Shown piece after piece: positions 38,339-52,462 of a stretch of 64,000 nucleotides of DNA (its first letter is position 1; each line of letters opens with the position of its first letter). This DNA is from Eledone cirrhosa (taxonomy: Eukaryota), in NCBI GenBank assembly GCA_964016885.1, contig OZ024743.1, positions 201,562,001 through 201,626,000 of the forward strand. The letters are read 5' to 3'. The notes under the pieces are model-generated. The model ran no database searches and was not told where the DNA came from. It was given only the letters and a program-made list of their open reading frames with translations. The position numbers and the translations under genes are program-made.

Positions 38339-38409
<71 letters not shown>

Positions 38410-38655
38410 GAGAAGTTGAAATTGGAAATAGCACGGAAAATATGCTTTAGTGTGTGCTTTTCTTTTTTTTTCTTTGATTTGTCAAAGTGACATTATTGAA
38501 AAAATGAGAGGAGCAATTCTTTTAAAAAAGAGTTTTATAATGTGTATAAAGTATTACCGGTTTCGATGCATTAGTAAAATTCATCCTATCAAATGTTGAG
38601 TATTACAATTAAAAAGAATTAATAAGAATTAAAAACTAAAAATTAAAGATTGAAA
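38410..38655 (-). mobile_element. Short non-coding repeat with degenerate hammerhead (family H4)
   Basis: Inverted homologue at ~49365-49620. Minus strand reads TTGATAG-GATG...CATC-GAAA-CCGG-TA. Confidence 0.5.
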
Positions 38656-38915
38656 TGGAAAAAATGAAACGAAATTCCATTTCCCACTCTTAGTACGGCT
38701 GTTACTTAGATATAAGTATGTATACGTACATACATATATGTATACAGACGTACAGTAGTATGTATATATATACATACATGCACCCATATATATATGTACG
38801 TATGGATTCACCGAACATTTATTATAATGCTCGGTGTGTTTGTAAACAAACATCCCGTATTAAGCCGTAGTGTCTAGCAACCATCGTTGCTCGTTTGTTC
38901 AACACTGACAAAGGA

Positions 38916-38958
38916 ACGCTGTACTAGTTTCAAGCTTATTAGCTATCATCAGCAACGT
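38916..38958 (-). ncRNA. Minimal type-I hammerhead (H3, minus copy)
   Basis: ACGTTG-CTGATGA-t agct aata agct t-GAAA-CTAG-TA|-CAGCGT on the minus strand. Confidence 0.8.
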
Positions 38959-39436
38959 ATACCTTCCTGCCAGATGATTGAACGTCTGAAAGTATATACT
39001 TTCCTTATGCATATTAACGGCTGAGCAGCCTAATTTGCATATCGAGTGGGTTAATCGGCTGGGTGCACCGAAAACGATAAACGGAAAAAATGAAATGAAA
39101 TTTCATTTCCCACTCTTAGTACGGCTGTTACTTAAATATAAGTATGTATATATACATACATATATGTATACAGACGTACAGTAGTATGTATATATATATA
39201 TACATACATGCACACATATATATATGTACATATGGATTCACCGAACATTTATTATAATTTAAGTAACAGCCGTACTAAGAGTGGGAAATGAAATTTCGTT
39301 TCATTTTTTTCCGTTTATCGTTTTCAGTGCACCCGGCCGATTAACCCAGTTGATATGCAAATTAGGCTGCTCAGCCGTTAATATGGATAAGGAAAGTATA
39401 TACTTTCAGACGTTCAATCATCTGGCAGGAAGGTAT

Positions 39437-39479
39437 ACGTTGCTGACGATAGCTAATAAGCTTGAAACTAGTACAGCGT
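39437..39479 (+). ncRNA. Minimal type-I hammerhead (H3, plus copy)
   Basis: ACGTTG-CTGACGA(39443-49)-t agct aata agct t-GAAA(39464-67)-CTAG-TA|-CAGCGT. Predicted cleavage after 39473 (GUA); palindromic ACTAGT stem III. Confidence 0.8.
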
Positions 39480-39722
39480 TCCTTTGTCAGTGTTGATCAA
39501 ACGAGCAACGATGGTTGCTAGACACTACGGGTTAATATGGAATGTTTGTTTACAAACACACCGAGCATTATAATAAATGTTCGGTGAATCCATACGTATA
39601 TATATATATGGGTGCATGTATGTATATATATATATACATACTACTGTATGTCTGTATACATATATGTATGTACGTATACATACTTATATTAAACATTTAA
39701 AATTAAGCGGTTAGTTTTTTCA

Positions 39723-39786
<64 letters not shown>

Positions 39787-40193
39787 CAGAGAGAGGGGAA
39801 GATAAAGAGAGAGAGAATGAAAGTGAAAGAGAATGAGAGTGAAAGAGATTTATATATATATATATCATAACACATGTTTAACTGGTAAACAATTACGCTT
39901 TTTTTTCTTCGTTTAATACATTTTATCACCTGAAAACAGACAATGAATACTTAGATAGAAATGCAGGATAAACTGACAGAGAAAAAACATACACACAAAT
40001 ACACAAGAAAATATCTCAATAGTCTCATGGATGTCTAATTCTATAGTAGCATTTTTTTTTTAGATGTGATGCTAACTATTCAACTATGAAATTAAATAAC
40101 TACTTAAATTTACTGACAACTTCATTGAGGCAACTAATACTACTTGATTTTCTTATAAATTAATTCTTGCTAATAAAAATCTAACATATGATT

Positions 40194-41881
<1,688 letters not shown>

Positions 41882-42149
41882 ATATATATATAATACACAC
41901 ACATACAAACATATATATATATATAGTAAAGAGCAGTAATACTTTTTTAAAAAGTCAGTTCAATGCAGTGGAAAAATACGAAGGGCTAATGTTGACAAAT
42001 GAAACAAAAGAAAACAAAGTAATGTTTTACCCAGTGTATTTTAGCATGATATTTCAGGGCTATTACCCTATTTTCAGATGCAAAACTGAAACAAAACAAA
42101 TGAGTAATCAGAGTTTTCTTTACTACACATCTTACAATCTCTATCTCTC

Positions 42150-42515
42150 TATTTAAGGCGGGTAAAGTTCCCAAGATTCATGGACGAGTTCTCTCCAGCG
42201 GTCTCTGTCCCTCATAATTACTGCCATGTCCTGCATCTCCAAGAGACTGGTGTCTGTCCTTAGGGCATCAACATATTTCAACCTCGGTCTCCCTCTTCTA
42301 GTGTGTCCGTGCAGGGGCTCCCACAGGAGCACTAAATGCAGTGTCATTTCTGGATTTGGTGAGCATATCCAGCTAACCTCAGTCTCCTCTGTGCTACTTT
42401 TGAGCTGACTTTTGGGAGGCTCCAGTACAGTTCTGAGTTCTTCATCCTCAGTGTATACTGATTAATGTTCAGAGCCATCCTCAGCATTCCTGTGTAGCAC
42501 CCATCCAGCATCTAA
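42150..42515 (-). mobile_element. RTE LINE C-terminal fragment (same type as 2585-3756)
   Basis: LDGCYTGMLRMALN...LLWEPLHGHTRRGRPRLKYVDAL...MRDRDRWRELV. Confidence 0.75.
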
Positions 42516-42579
42516 GTTAATACAAAGCATTGTAAGATATGAGTCATATCTTACAATGCTTTGTATTAACTACTATATA

Positions 42580-42974
42580 GGCAAATGGATTAGTAGTTAG
42601 AGCATTGGTCTTGCAATCGAAAGGTTGTGAGTTCAATTCTCAGACTGGATGATGTGTTGTTTCCTTGAACAAGACACTTTATTTCACATTGCTCCAGTTT
42701 ACTCAGCTGTAGAAATGAGATGATAGGACTTGGGTCCCTACCATTCCACTGCAAAGTGGTCATGGAGGTGCCACGGCAAAAAAGCACCCAACCCACACAA
42801 AAAGGTGGACGTGTAGACACCACGGAAAAAAAGCACCCAGCACTCACTGTAAATGAGGTTGGTGTTAGGAAGGGCATCCAACTGTAGAAATCAAGCCAGA
42901 ATCAGTTCCCGTCCCACCCTTGCAAGCAGGGAATAGTGGATGTAAAATGAAATGATGATGATGATGATGATGAT
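42580..42974 (+). mobile_element. SINE family A
   Basis: Head, core and tail with (GAT)n. Partial copy also at ~55499-55720(-). Confidence 0.88.
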
Positions 42975-44159
42975 ATATACAATAGCAGAAATATCCCCTG
43001 CCTAGTAGATTTCTGCTAGTGTAAATATATGTGTGCATGTGTGAATCATAATGTGTCTATACATGGAAGTGGGAAAACATCTTTGATATGAAAATAACAT
43101 GCTGTGGAGCCCTAGTGGAAAGAGTGTTCGACTTACAGTCATAATATCGTGGGTATGATTCCTGGGCTAGGTTACATGTTGTGTTCTTGAGCACAACATT
43201 TCATTTCACATTGCTCTAGTATACTCAGCTGAAAATGAGTACCTGCAATAGCTGGGACTTTAACTCTGCAATGGACTGGCATCCTATCCACTGGGGATTC
43301 GTGGACACTCATTTGATTCATGCCATGATAGCGAGATAAAATACTTTGTGCCATATAGTTATGGGCCTTTACATTCTGAGTTCAAATCCCACTGAAGTTA
43401 TCTTTGCCTTTCATCCTTACAGGGTCAATACAATAAAGTACCAGTAATGCACTTGGGTCAATTTAATTGACTTTACGCCTCTCCTTCAAATTGCTGGCCT
43501 TGTGCCTAATGTAGAAACAATTATTATTATTATTATTATATAGATCAACTCCCAACAGAGAAGGGAGGACTCTTCATGTCTTTTGTGCTGGTATCATTAT
43601 CAAATGGAACAACAACTTATATAGAATGTTTGACATTTTGGTATCAACATGATCAAAATCTGCTCTGGTTCTATGAAACAAAAACCAGTGATCTTAAAAG
43701 GTTCTTATTTGAATAAAAATCTTCCAACATAATTTTATATAAAACCCATAAGTTCAGTTTCTATCTTTCTAATGAAATAATATTTAATTATTTTGATAGT
43801 AATGATGTTGGTGAATCCTTCAAGATTCTTGATTAATTAATTGAATTTGAGAGTATTCCATTACCAATATAAATATAAAAGAGTTAATATATACTTTCTG
43901 AGTGTTTGCCAGAAGTCAATAAATGGTCTGGTCATGATATACAACAGAACATCAGTGGTTACAGCACACCTGCTAACCTTTAAAAACCCAAACAGGGAGT
44001 ACCATGAACAAAAGTGCCCCCAAACGAGGAGAAATGAGGCAAAATGGGGAGAGTTTACATAATAAAAGCTATACCCATTTTCACAAGAGAAGGCAACTTT
44101 CACCCACTCCAAAGTAGGTGGTAGATCTCCCCGTTGGACAGGGAGAGTTGACAGGTTTG

Positions 44160-44286
44160 TTACAATATACAATTGAACATCATTGGTTAAATTATACAAC
44201 TGAATGTCACTGGTTAGATAAATGAACATCACTGGTTACAGAATACAACTGAATGTCATTGTTTATAATATATAATTGAACATCCC
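44160..44286. repeat. Diverged ~27-bp tandem repeat, ~5 copies
   Basis: Recurring TACAA(C/T)TGAA(C/T)(A/G)TCA(C/T)TGGTTA unit. Confidence 0.7.
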
Positions 44287-44801
44287 TGATAATGACAGAC
44301 AAGTAAAAATCTTAAAACAAATGATGCTAATGATACAATTAAGAAGAAGAGGATAAAAAGAATAGAAATGATGATGAGAACATCCAAACAGATAACAAAG
44401 ATTTCTTAAGAACTACTAGATCTCAATCACAAACTCAATCTCTAGAAAATGTTTTAGAATAAAAGTGAAGATAATTTTCTTAGAAAATCCAAATAATAAA
44501 CAATGGTGCGATTTTATTTCATCTTGTCTTTTAGAAGAGGATATAAAACAAAAGGAAATATCTAATTATCATAAAAATTGATGTACACAAATACAAACAA
44601 AATAACTAAAGTTAACAAACAAAAACCTCTAAGTCGTATTTGGTGGAAGAAGGATGATATAGTTGTACAAGATTATATCTGTAATATTATGAGTCAATTT
44701 GTTTGGAATTTCTTTTCAATATTTACCAATGAATTGAGTGTTAAGTGGCTTTACTTAATGTAATTAAATATAGCCCCATGGCTAATATGTTAAGACATAG
44801 T

Positions 44802-45030
44802 TGAACACTTTAGCATTTACATTACTCTATATATACTATTGTATTTTTGTGGTAAAGTCTTTATCTCTTATAATTATCTCACATAATATCGAATCTATGA
44901 GATTTTGATGATATTTATTTTGAGAACAATACCTTAAAATCAGTATGAGCGGCTAGTTATGGCCGTTTTGAACAGAAAGAGGTGAGAGAATTCTGGCCAG
45001 ATATGGCTGGTTTAAATGCTAAAGGGTTAA
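44802..45030. mobile_element. piggyBac-like MITE
   Basis: CACTTTAGCATTTAC...TAAATGCTAAAGGG-TTAA; same family as 8123. Confidence 0.75.
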
Positions 45031-46268
45031 GAGTATCGAGTTCAAATCTGGCCTGAGGTATTAGAATGATGGTATTTAATGGAAAGACTTTCTTTAACAC
45101 TTTTGATACCAACCCACCAAAAACTGCCTTTAGTTCAGTGATGTATAACCACCCATTTTAAAAGGCATTACTTATTTTATATATATAAGCTGAGAAATAT
45201 GTGACAAAAAATTTGATGGTAAAATGGATGTTGGCTTATATTTGAGGTCAACTTCAAAATTCTATGTAAATGAGGTACGAAAATATTTTCACTTTGGAGA
45301 TGAATCTTACACCATTTTCACTTTCAATGTGAAGTTCGTATTTCCTATTGTTTTTGATGTTTGGAATAAATATGGCCTTCAAAATTGTCGGAAATTGTAA
45401 AAAAAATCATTAAGTAATTGAGTTGTGAAGTAGAAACTATACACTAAACAGCATTTTAAATATCATAATATTAAAACTTCATGAATACATTCTCTGCCCA
45501 TGAGAATTTAAAAACTGTACCATCTAAGCATGAGCTGTTGAGTACTTGTCATGGCTTATAAACGAGATTTGGATTTTTGCCTATTACTAGTACAGGTAAG
45601 TAGAGTAAGATATGAATTACAGCTTTATATTACGAAAGAGAAGAAAATTATTTAAAGCAATCAAAATTTAATTTCTTAACATATTGGTTCATTACATTTG
45701 CATTTGAGACCGAATTGGCAGTCATTAAAGCATAGAACAAAATGTCCTGAGTTCCAACTCTACCAAGCTAAAATTTGCATTTCACCAATTGATAAAATAA
45801 AGTACAAGTCAAGTGTAATAGAGTGGTGAAGTTGCTAGCACAAGATGTTTTTTAAATGACCCATTATCTTTCAAGAATTTACAATTTTATGAAGGTGATG
45901 ATGATAACAATGATTATGATAACACGGGGAATTACAATAAAATCACACAGCCAACAATAAGGTTAATGATTTCCTTCATCGGCAGATATATCACACATTT
46001 ATAAGGAAGGTGGAATGATATTGATTCAATATGCTGTATATAAGAGAGTAGTTATTTTATCAATGTAGAAAATGGGTTTATGGTTAAAAAATGAAAAGAA
46101 ACAATATAATTTATAAGACAGTGAGAGAAATGAAAAGGAAGAGAAAGAGACCCAATAATAAAGGATTCATATATATATGTATATACATATATACACACAC
46201 ATTCATCCATTCATCCATATGTATTCCACTCTGCCTGTCCCTTCAATCTTTCTAATTTCTCATTCTTT

Positions 46269-46302
46269 CTTCTGATGAAGGACTAGTGTCTGAAATATTA
46301 AG
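46269..46302 (+). ncRNA. Putative minimal hammerhead (family H5) in element ~46205-46388
   Basis: CTT-CTGATGA-a ggac tagt gtct-GAAA-TA-TT-AAG. The downstream part of the element is repeated at ~30975-31056. Both copies end at TA/CA microsatellites. Confidence 0.55.
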
Positions 46303-46462
46303 CCCTCTTGCTGCTATTTCAAACGTTAACCTAATATATTCCTTCCATATACTGTACCGATTGTGTTGTTATTTCTGTTTACCTTTTTCACACACACACA
46401 CACACACATATATATATGTGTGTGTGTGTGTGTGTGCATGTGTGTGTGTGTGTGTGTATGTG

Positions 46463-46493
<31 letters not shown>

Positions 46494-47122
46494 CAATAGT
46501 AATATTTATCAGAGTAAAATTTTATTCATTTACTGTATTGTATTGTAGCTCAATGTTATGATAGGATCAAGGAGAGCCAGTATATAATTACATTGTGCCT
46601 ATAAACCCAAATTAAATGTTCAAAATATTTAATCACTAACAATTGTTTCTCCCCATAGTAATATACCAAAGACAGCAAATTATTTTATTTAACAATTTGC
46701 TATTAGTTAGCATAAACTATAGAAATCATCAGAGTTTAATCGAATTTGATAGATTCTTTTTACAAACTATGAATATTGCTTTGATAAACTGTATAATTTC
46801 CAAATCATTATTGGAATGTTACTATTTTTCCAAATAATATTTAAGTATTTTAATATTACCAACACCCTTCTGTTATTTTGACCTACAATTTAATTAGATC
46901 AGTGATATATATTATCTGTTGTTCTTAAATGATTTGTATTAATATTGTATTAATCGTTTTGGATTTTAATTAAACTCTGATGATTCCTATAGTTTATGCT
47001 AACTAATAGCAAATTGTTAAATAAAATAACTTGCTGACTTTGGTATATTCCTATGGGGAGAAACTATTGTCAGTGATTAAATATATTGAACTTTTAATTT
47101 GGGTTTATAAGCATATTGTAAC

Positions 47123-47154
<32 letters not shown>

Positions 47155-47171
47155 AATACATACATATATAT

Positions 47172-47625
47172 CATCATCATCATTTTACGTCCGCTTTTCC
47201 CTGCTTGCAAGGGTGGGATGGGTCCTATTCAGCACAGCATCTCTCCACTTGTCATGGTCTTTCGTCATCTCCACCATGAGCTTCAGCGATCTGAGGTCTC
47301 ACCACCTCCGCCCATGTTTTTCGTGGTCTTCCTATACTGCGTCTTCCTTCAACTGGCATTTCTTGGCACTTCTTTACCCAGCAGTCATCCTCCATGCGCA
47401 TCACATTTCCATACCATCACAGTCTTCTCTCCCGCACATTTCAACTTATCCCTCTTAAACACAGTTTCTCTCTCAACACGTCCATGCTCAGTCATTCACG
47501 TACATTGACATTGCACATCCAATGGAGCATGCTTGCTTCATTTCTCTCCATCCGTCGTATATCCTCTGCAGTTGCTGCCCATATCTCACTACCATACAGC
47601 ATCGCACACATCACACAGGCATCAT
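47172..47625 (-). mobile_element. RTE LINE 3' fragment (tail donor of SINE family A)
   Basis: YDACVMCAMLYGSEIWAATAEDIRRMERNEASMLHWMCN on minus. Terminal ~45 nt identical to the SINE A tail. Confidence 0.85.
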
Positions 47626-48174
47626 ATATGTGTGTGTGTGTGTGTGTGTACATACACACATGCACATTAGATGACCTATCTCAGGACTTTGGAGATATAA
47701 ATTGTACAACTGAGATTTGAAAATCTGATGTGAATGGAATTTAATTCTAATTTGTATAAATTCTACAGAATATAAAAGGTCTTTAGAGAACTAGTTCCTA
47801 CCCCACCTCCATTTCCATTGTTTGAAATACTGAAGTATTTTCTTCAAAAGAAAAAACAATTCGTCAGCATTTTGGTGAAACAATTACCAATCTTGGCACT
47901 GTAAGTGTGCTTCTGCTCCTGACAAATTTAAAGTAAAATGATAAAAAGGAACAGAAAATATTTAATTATTCAATTGTTCCTATTTAATGTTCCTATTTAA
48001 TGTTTAGTTACATATGGATCAAAACTACAGTTTTATAGATCTTTCTGATCTAGATGAATACAGAATATTCTCAAAAACGTAAATTATTCTATTGTTTCTT
48101 TAATTTGAAACAAAAGAAGTATTATTTTTCACACACACACACACCCTCATATATATATATATTTTTTTTTTTAG

Positions 48175-48390
48175 GAACGATCGACTTTCGTCAAATCGGA
48201 CCGAGGGAACAATGTTTCCGTTGGTCTTTCCAATTGCTAATACTATCTATCGGTCGCAACTCCAGGTAGAAGGAGTAACGTGAAATAAAGTGTCTTGCTC
48301 AAGGACATAACGCATCGCCTGGTCCAGGAATCGAACTCACAACCTTACGATTGCGAATCTAATTCTCTAACCACTCAGCCACACGCCTTC
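48175..48390 (-). mobile_element. SINE family C
   Basis: Reverse complement of the 413-622 type with an intact GAAGGCGTGTGGCTGAGTGGTTAG head. Confidence 0.8.
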
Positions 48391-48392
48391 AC

Positions 48393-48427
<35 letters not shown>

Positions 48428-48472
48428 GTGTGTGTATATATATATATATATATACACATGTATATATATATA

Positions 48473-48509
<37 letters not shown>

Positions 48510-48806
48510 ACGTGTGTGTGTCCCCGACCATCAGCAATAGTCATAGATACTGAAAATATCTAGCAATGTAGGACGAACATTACTGAAATATGTAGAGTCA
48601 GTAAAATACTATTAAATTCCATCATTTTAAGCATTAATCTGTTTAAATTATGCTATTCAAATTATAAGGTTTAGTCAGTTTATAACTAAATCATCTTCTG
48701 GAAAATTTTCAGATATTGGTAGAGGCGTTTTTTGATTTAGTCTTTTAAACATCAATATTTTTATGTATATAGGAAATCTTTCGCATTTTGGAATAATGTT
48801 TTTGGT

Positions 48807-49027
48807 TTAACCCTTTAGCATTTACATTACTCTATATTTACTATTATATTTTCATGGTAAAGGCTTTACCTCAAATAATATCTCACATAATATAGGATCT
48901 ATGTGATTTTGATATTATTTATTTTGAGAACAATACATTAACATCAGCATGAGCAACCCGTTATGGCTGGTTTGAACAGAAAGAGGTGAAAGAATTCTGG
49001 CCAGTTATGGCTGGTTTAAAGGATTAA
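48807..49027. mobile_element. piggyBac-like MITE
   Basis: TTAA-CCCTTTAGCATTTAC start; next copy at ~49868-50096. Confidence 0.75.
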
Positions 49028-49658
49028 ACATAAAAGCAAAGAATTGTTTGACGTGGTTGAAGTTTTATGAATTGATTGGATTGAAGGGCCTAAACTTACT
49101 TAGGCAGGAATTCAGAAGAGATTCTAGTTCAGAATCTATCAGGATTTTTGTTATTTTGGAAAGTAAGTATAGCCACACAATAATTACTTTCGTCCCTTTC
49201 TCTAACATCTATTTTTATAAACTTATCTAGATGTGTATACTTGCAACACACCTACCACCACTGCTGCTGCGACTTTATGACTAGACCTCTCTCTATATAC
49301 TCAAGAGTTCATTTTACAGTCTCCTTCTCAACAAGGAAGATGAAAAAACTTACCTCAACACTTAATTTTAAATCTTTAATTTTTAGTTTTTAATTCTTAT
49401 TAATTCTCTTTAATTGTCATACTCAACATTTGATGAATTTTACTAATACATCGAAACCAGTTATAGTTGATATACTTTATATATGTTATAAAACACTTTT
49501 TTTAAAAGAATTGTCCCTCTCATTTTTTCAATAATGTCACTTTGATGAAACAAAGAAAGAAAAAAAAAGAAAAACAGATCCTTAGATATATTTTCCTTGC
49601 TATTTCCAATCTCACCTTTTCCCTATAACCACTGTTTTGTATAGTACCTTACTTCCCT

Positions 49659-49704
<46 letters not shown>

Positions 49705-50783
49705 GCATATATAAATATACATAATGGTCAGTTCAGGGAATCTGTCCTTAAAATGAGGGAGTCTCTTGACAAGCTGACTACTTCACAGTATAGGTGCACT
49801 TTAACTGCTCACCAGTTGGCAAAACTGCACAGTCGTGACTATAAAAAAATATTAGGTATATATATATTTATCCCTTTAGTATTTGCATTACTCTATATTT
49901 AATATTATATTTTCACAGTAAAGCTTTACCTGACGACATAATTATGTCACATAATATCAAATCTATGAGATTTTGACATTATTTAGTTTGAGAACAATAC
50001 CTTAACATCAGTATGAGCGGTTGGTTATGGCTGGTTTGAAAAGAAAGTGGTGAGAGAATTCTAGCTGGTTAGAGCCCGTTTAAATGCTGAAGGGTTATAT
50101 ATATATATGTATATCTATACATATACACACACACACACATATACACACATATATATATATATGCATATATATATACATATGCTGGTGATGATGATGACAA
50201 GCATGTCTATGCTTATATGCATATATGTATGTGTGTGTTCTTGTAAATTTGTTGATTTTATTTGATTGAGAGTTCTATTAGAAATGCAGGAAATTAAAGT
50301 TGAAGGCTCTGGCAATGGAACAGCATCACCAAAAATAAGAACTGGGTTAGGGAATAAAAAAAAAATAGATCATTTAGGTATGGTCGGAAGTCTCACCTGC
50401 TGTCACCTTACCTGCTTTCTCACTTGTTATTATTGCTTATACATTACAATCTTAAAGAACAAAAATATAAACTCCATGTCTAACATCTCAGCCTTACTAT
50501 ACACATGGGTATATATGTACACACATATTAACATGCATGTACACAAACACACACATTGATGATGATGATGACATTGTATGTATATATATATAGAGAGAGA
50601 GAGACACCCACGTATATATACAATTCACACACACATATGTACATGCACATATATACACACACATCTGCATGTATTTATACATGTACACACACAAGCATAC
50701 ATGCACCACCCACATTATATATATATATATATAGATATAAATCAAACATAGGCATGTTACATACATACATACACACTCACACT

Positions 50784-50832
<49 letters not shown>

Positions 50833-51486
50833 CCACATATATTTATACACATACACACAAACATTTCTTCTGTTGTTTCAGCTACAAGAGTAGGAAAGAA
50901 TGTAAGGAAGAGAGGTAGGTGGGGGATTGAAGTGTGTTGAAGAGAGAGGGGGAGGGAGGGAGAAGGGGAGTGAGTGAGAGAGAAAGAGAGATTAGGATAC
51001 GTGCCAAAAGATGGAAAGAGAAAAGATGAAAAAAAATGAAATAGAAATATGGAAGACAGAGACTGACAAGCAGACATACAGACGGATAAATAGAGTGACA
51101 GACATACCGACAGACAGATTGATATATTGAAAGACAGACAGATTGATAGAAATATAGATAGATAGATGTATAGACAGACTGAAGAACGAGAGCAAAAGTG
51201 GAAAAACAAAAGAGATATAGTTAGCAAATGAGAGGGAGAAGAGAGAAAGAGAGGCAAACATATAGATAGTAGATTGGTAAATAGAGGGAGAAAGACAAAG
51301 GGAAATAGAGAGAGGGAGTGAGATATGTAATTGTAATTGAATTTTCAATCTTGGGAGAATGACAGACAAAACTGACTTTAGTGGGATTTGAACTCAGAGC
51401 ACCAAAAACTGGAACATATATTGTGGGACATTTTATTCAATAACTCGGCAATCCACTGTCTTATTAACAATTGTAATGTTAAGATT

Positions 51487-51673
51487 AATTGTTTCTACTT
51501 TAGGCACAAGGCCAGCAATTACCCAGTGCATTACTGGTACTTTATTTTATCGACCCCGTAAGGATGAAAGGTAAAGTCAACCTCGGCGGGATTTGAACTC
51601 AGATCGTAAAGGGACGTAACTATGCTGGAAAGCATGGTGTTCGACCCTCTACCGATACTGCCAATCCACCGCC
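51487..51673 (-). mobile_element. SINE family B
   Basis: Near-identical to 6698-6885. Confidence 0.85.
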
Positions 51674-52097
51674 CTATTGTAATGTCAAGATTAATGCGTG
51701 CTATACAGTAATGAGGCATCAAGTTGGTAGAGTTGCTAGAATATAAGATAGAATACTTTGTGGTATTTGTTCTGACTCTGCTATCTGAGTTCAAATCCTG
51801 TCAAGGTCAACTTTAACTTTCATCCATTCGCGATTGATAAAAAAAAAGTAGCAGCCTAGTACTGGGGTTAATTCTTCCGCTTTCTCACTTTCTCTCTCTC
51901 ATGTTCTATCCTTCTCTGGAAGGATTCTGCTGTGTTCAGACTTGGAGAGGGATGGGCTCTGCCTGGCTTAAAATGTCCAAGAAACACTGTATGTCATATG
52001 GCACCCCTATGACCCCCATCAGGCATTACGGGACTATTTACCATACCATACCATACCATACCATACCCCTACCATGCAACAATGGTTTAGTAAAATA

Positions 52098-52462
52098 CAT
52101 CTGAAAACGAATTTGTTAATTCAAATGTTTAAGTTATCTTTACTAGGAGGACAGAGCATTAAGAAAATTAGCAGAAAGGATTTAGGAACAAATATTTTTA
52201 AATGAGTTTGTTATTTCAAATGTTCATTGTATCTTTACTAGGGAACAAACCATTGAAAAAATTGCAGTAGTCACTCTTAACATTGTGGAATGATTTAGGA
52301 AATATATATCTAAAAACAAGTTTTTTAATTATAATATTTAGTATCATTACTATGGGAAATATTGTTGAGAAAATTTACTGTAGTAACTCTTAACATCCTG
52401 TAAGGATTTAGCCAAAAATATCTAAAATGAGTTTGTTAATTCAATTGTTTATAATATCTTTA
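52098..52462. repeat. Diverged ~100-115-bp tandem repeat, ~3 copies
   Basis: Recurring GTTTGTTAATTCAA.TGTTT...TATCTTTACTAGG...GGATTTAG blocks. Confidence 0.6.

Larger units (their letters stand above)
38657..39692. mobile_element. Retrozyme-like array (family H3): ~1.4 permuted 426-bp units on minus plus one unit on plus
   Basis: CACTCTTAGTACGGCTGTTACTTA at 38685 and 39111 gives a 426-bp period. Inversion point at ~39257/39258. One hammerhead per unit. Confidence 0.8.

Noticed and set aside
39897-39929. Possible 33-nt minus-strand micro-exon (TTTTCAG acceptor, GTAATT donor)
   Set aside because: No supporting neighbouring exons; such signals are common by chance in AT-rich DNA.
43861-44232. 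123-aa non-repetitive minus-strand ORF
   Set aside because: No recognisable motif, starts within a tandem repeat, and has no convincing splice sites.
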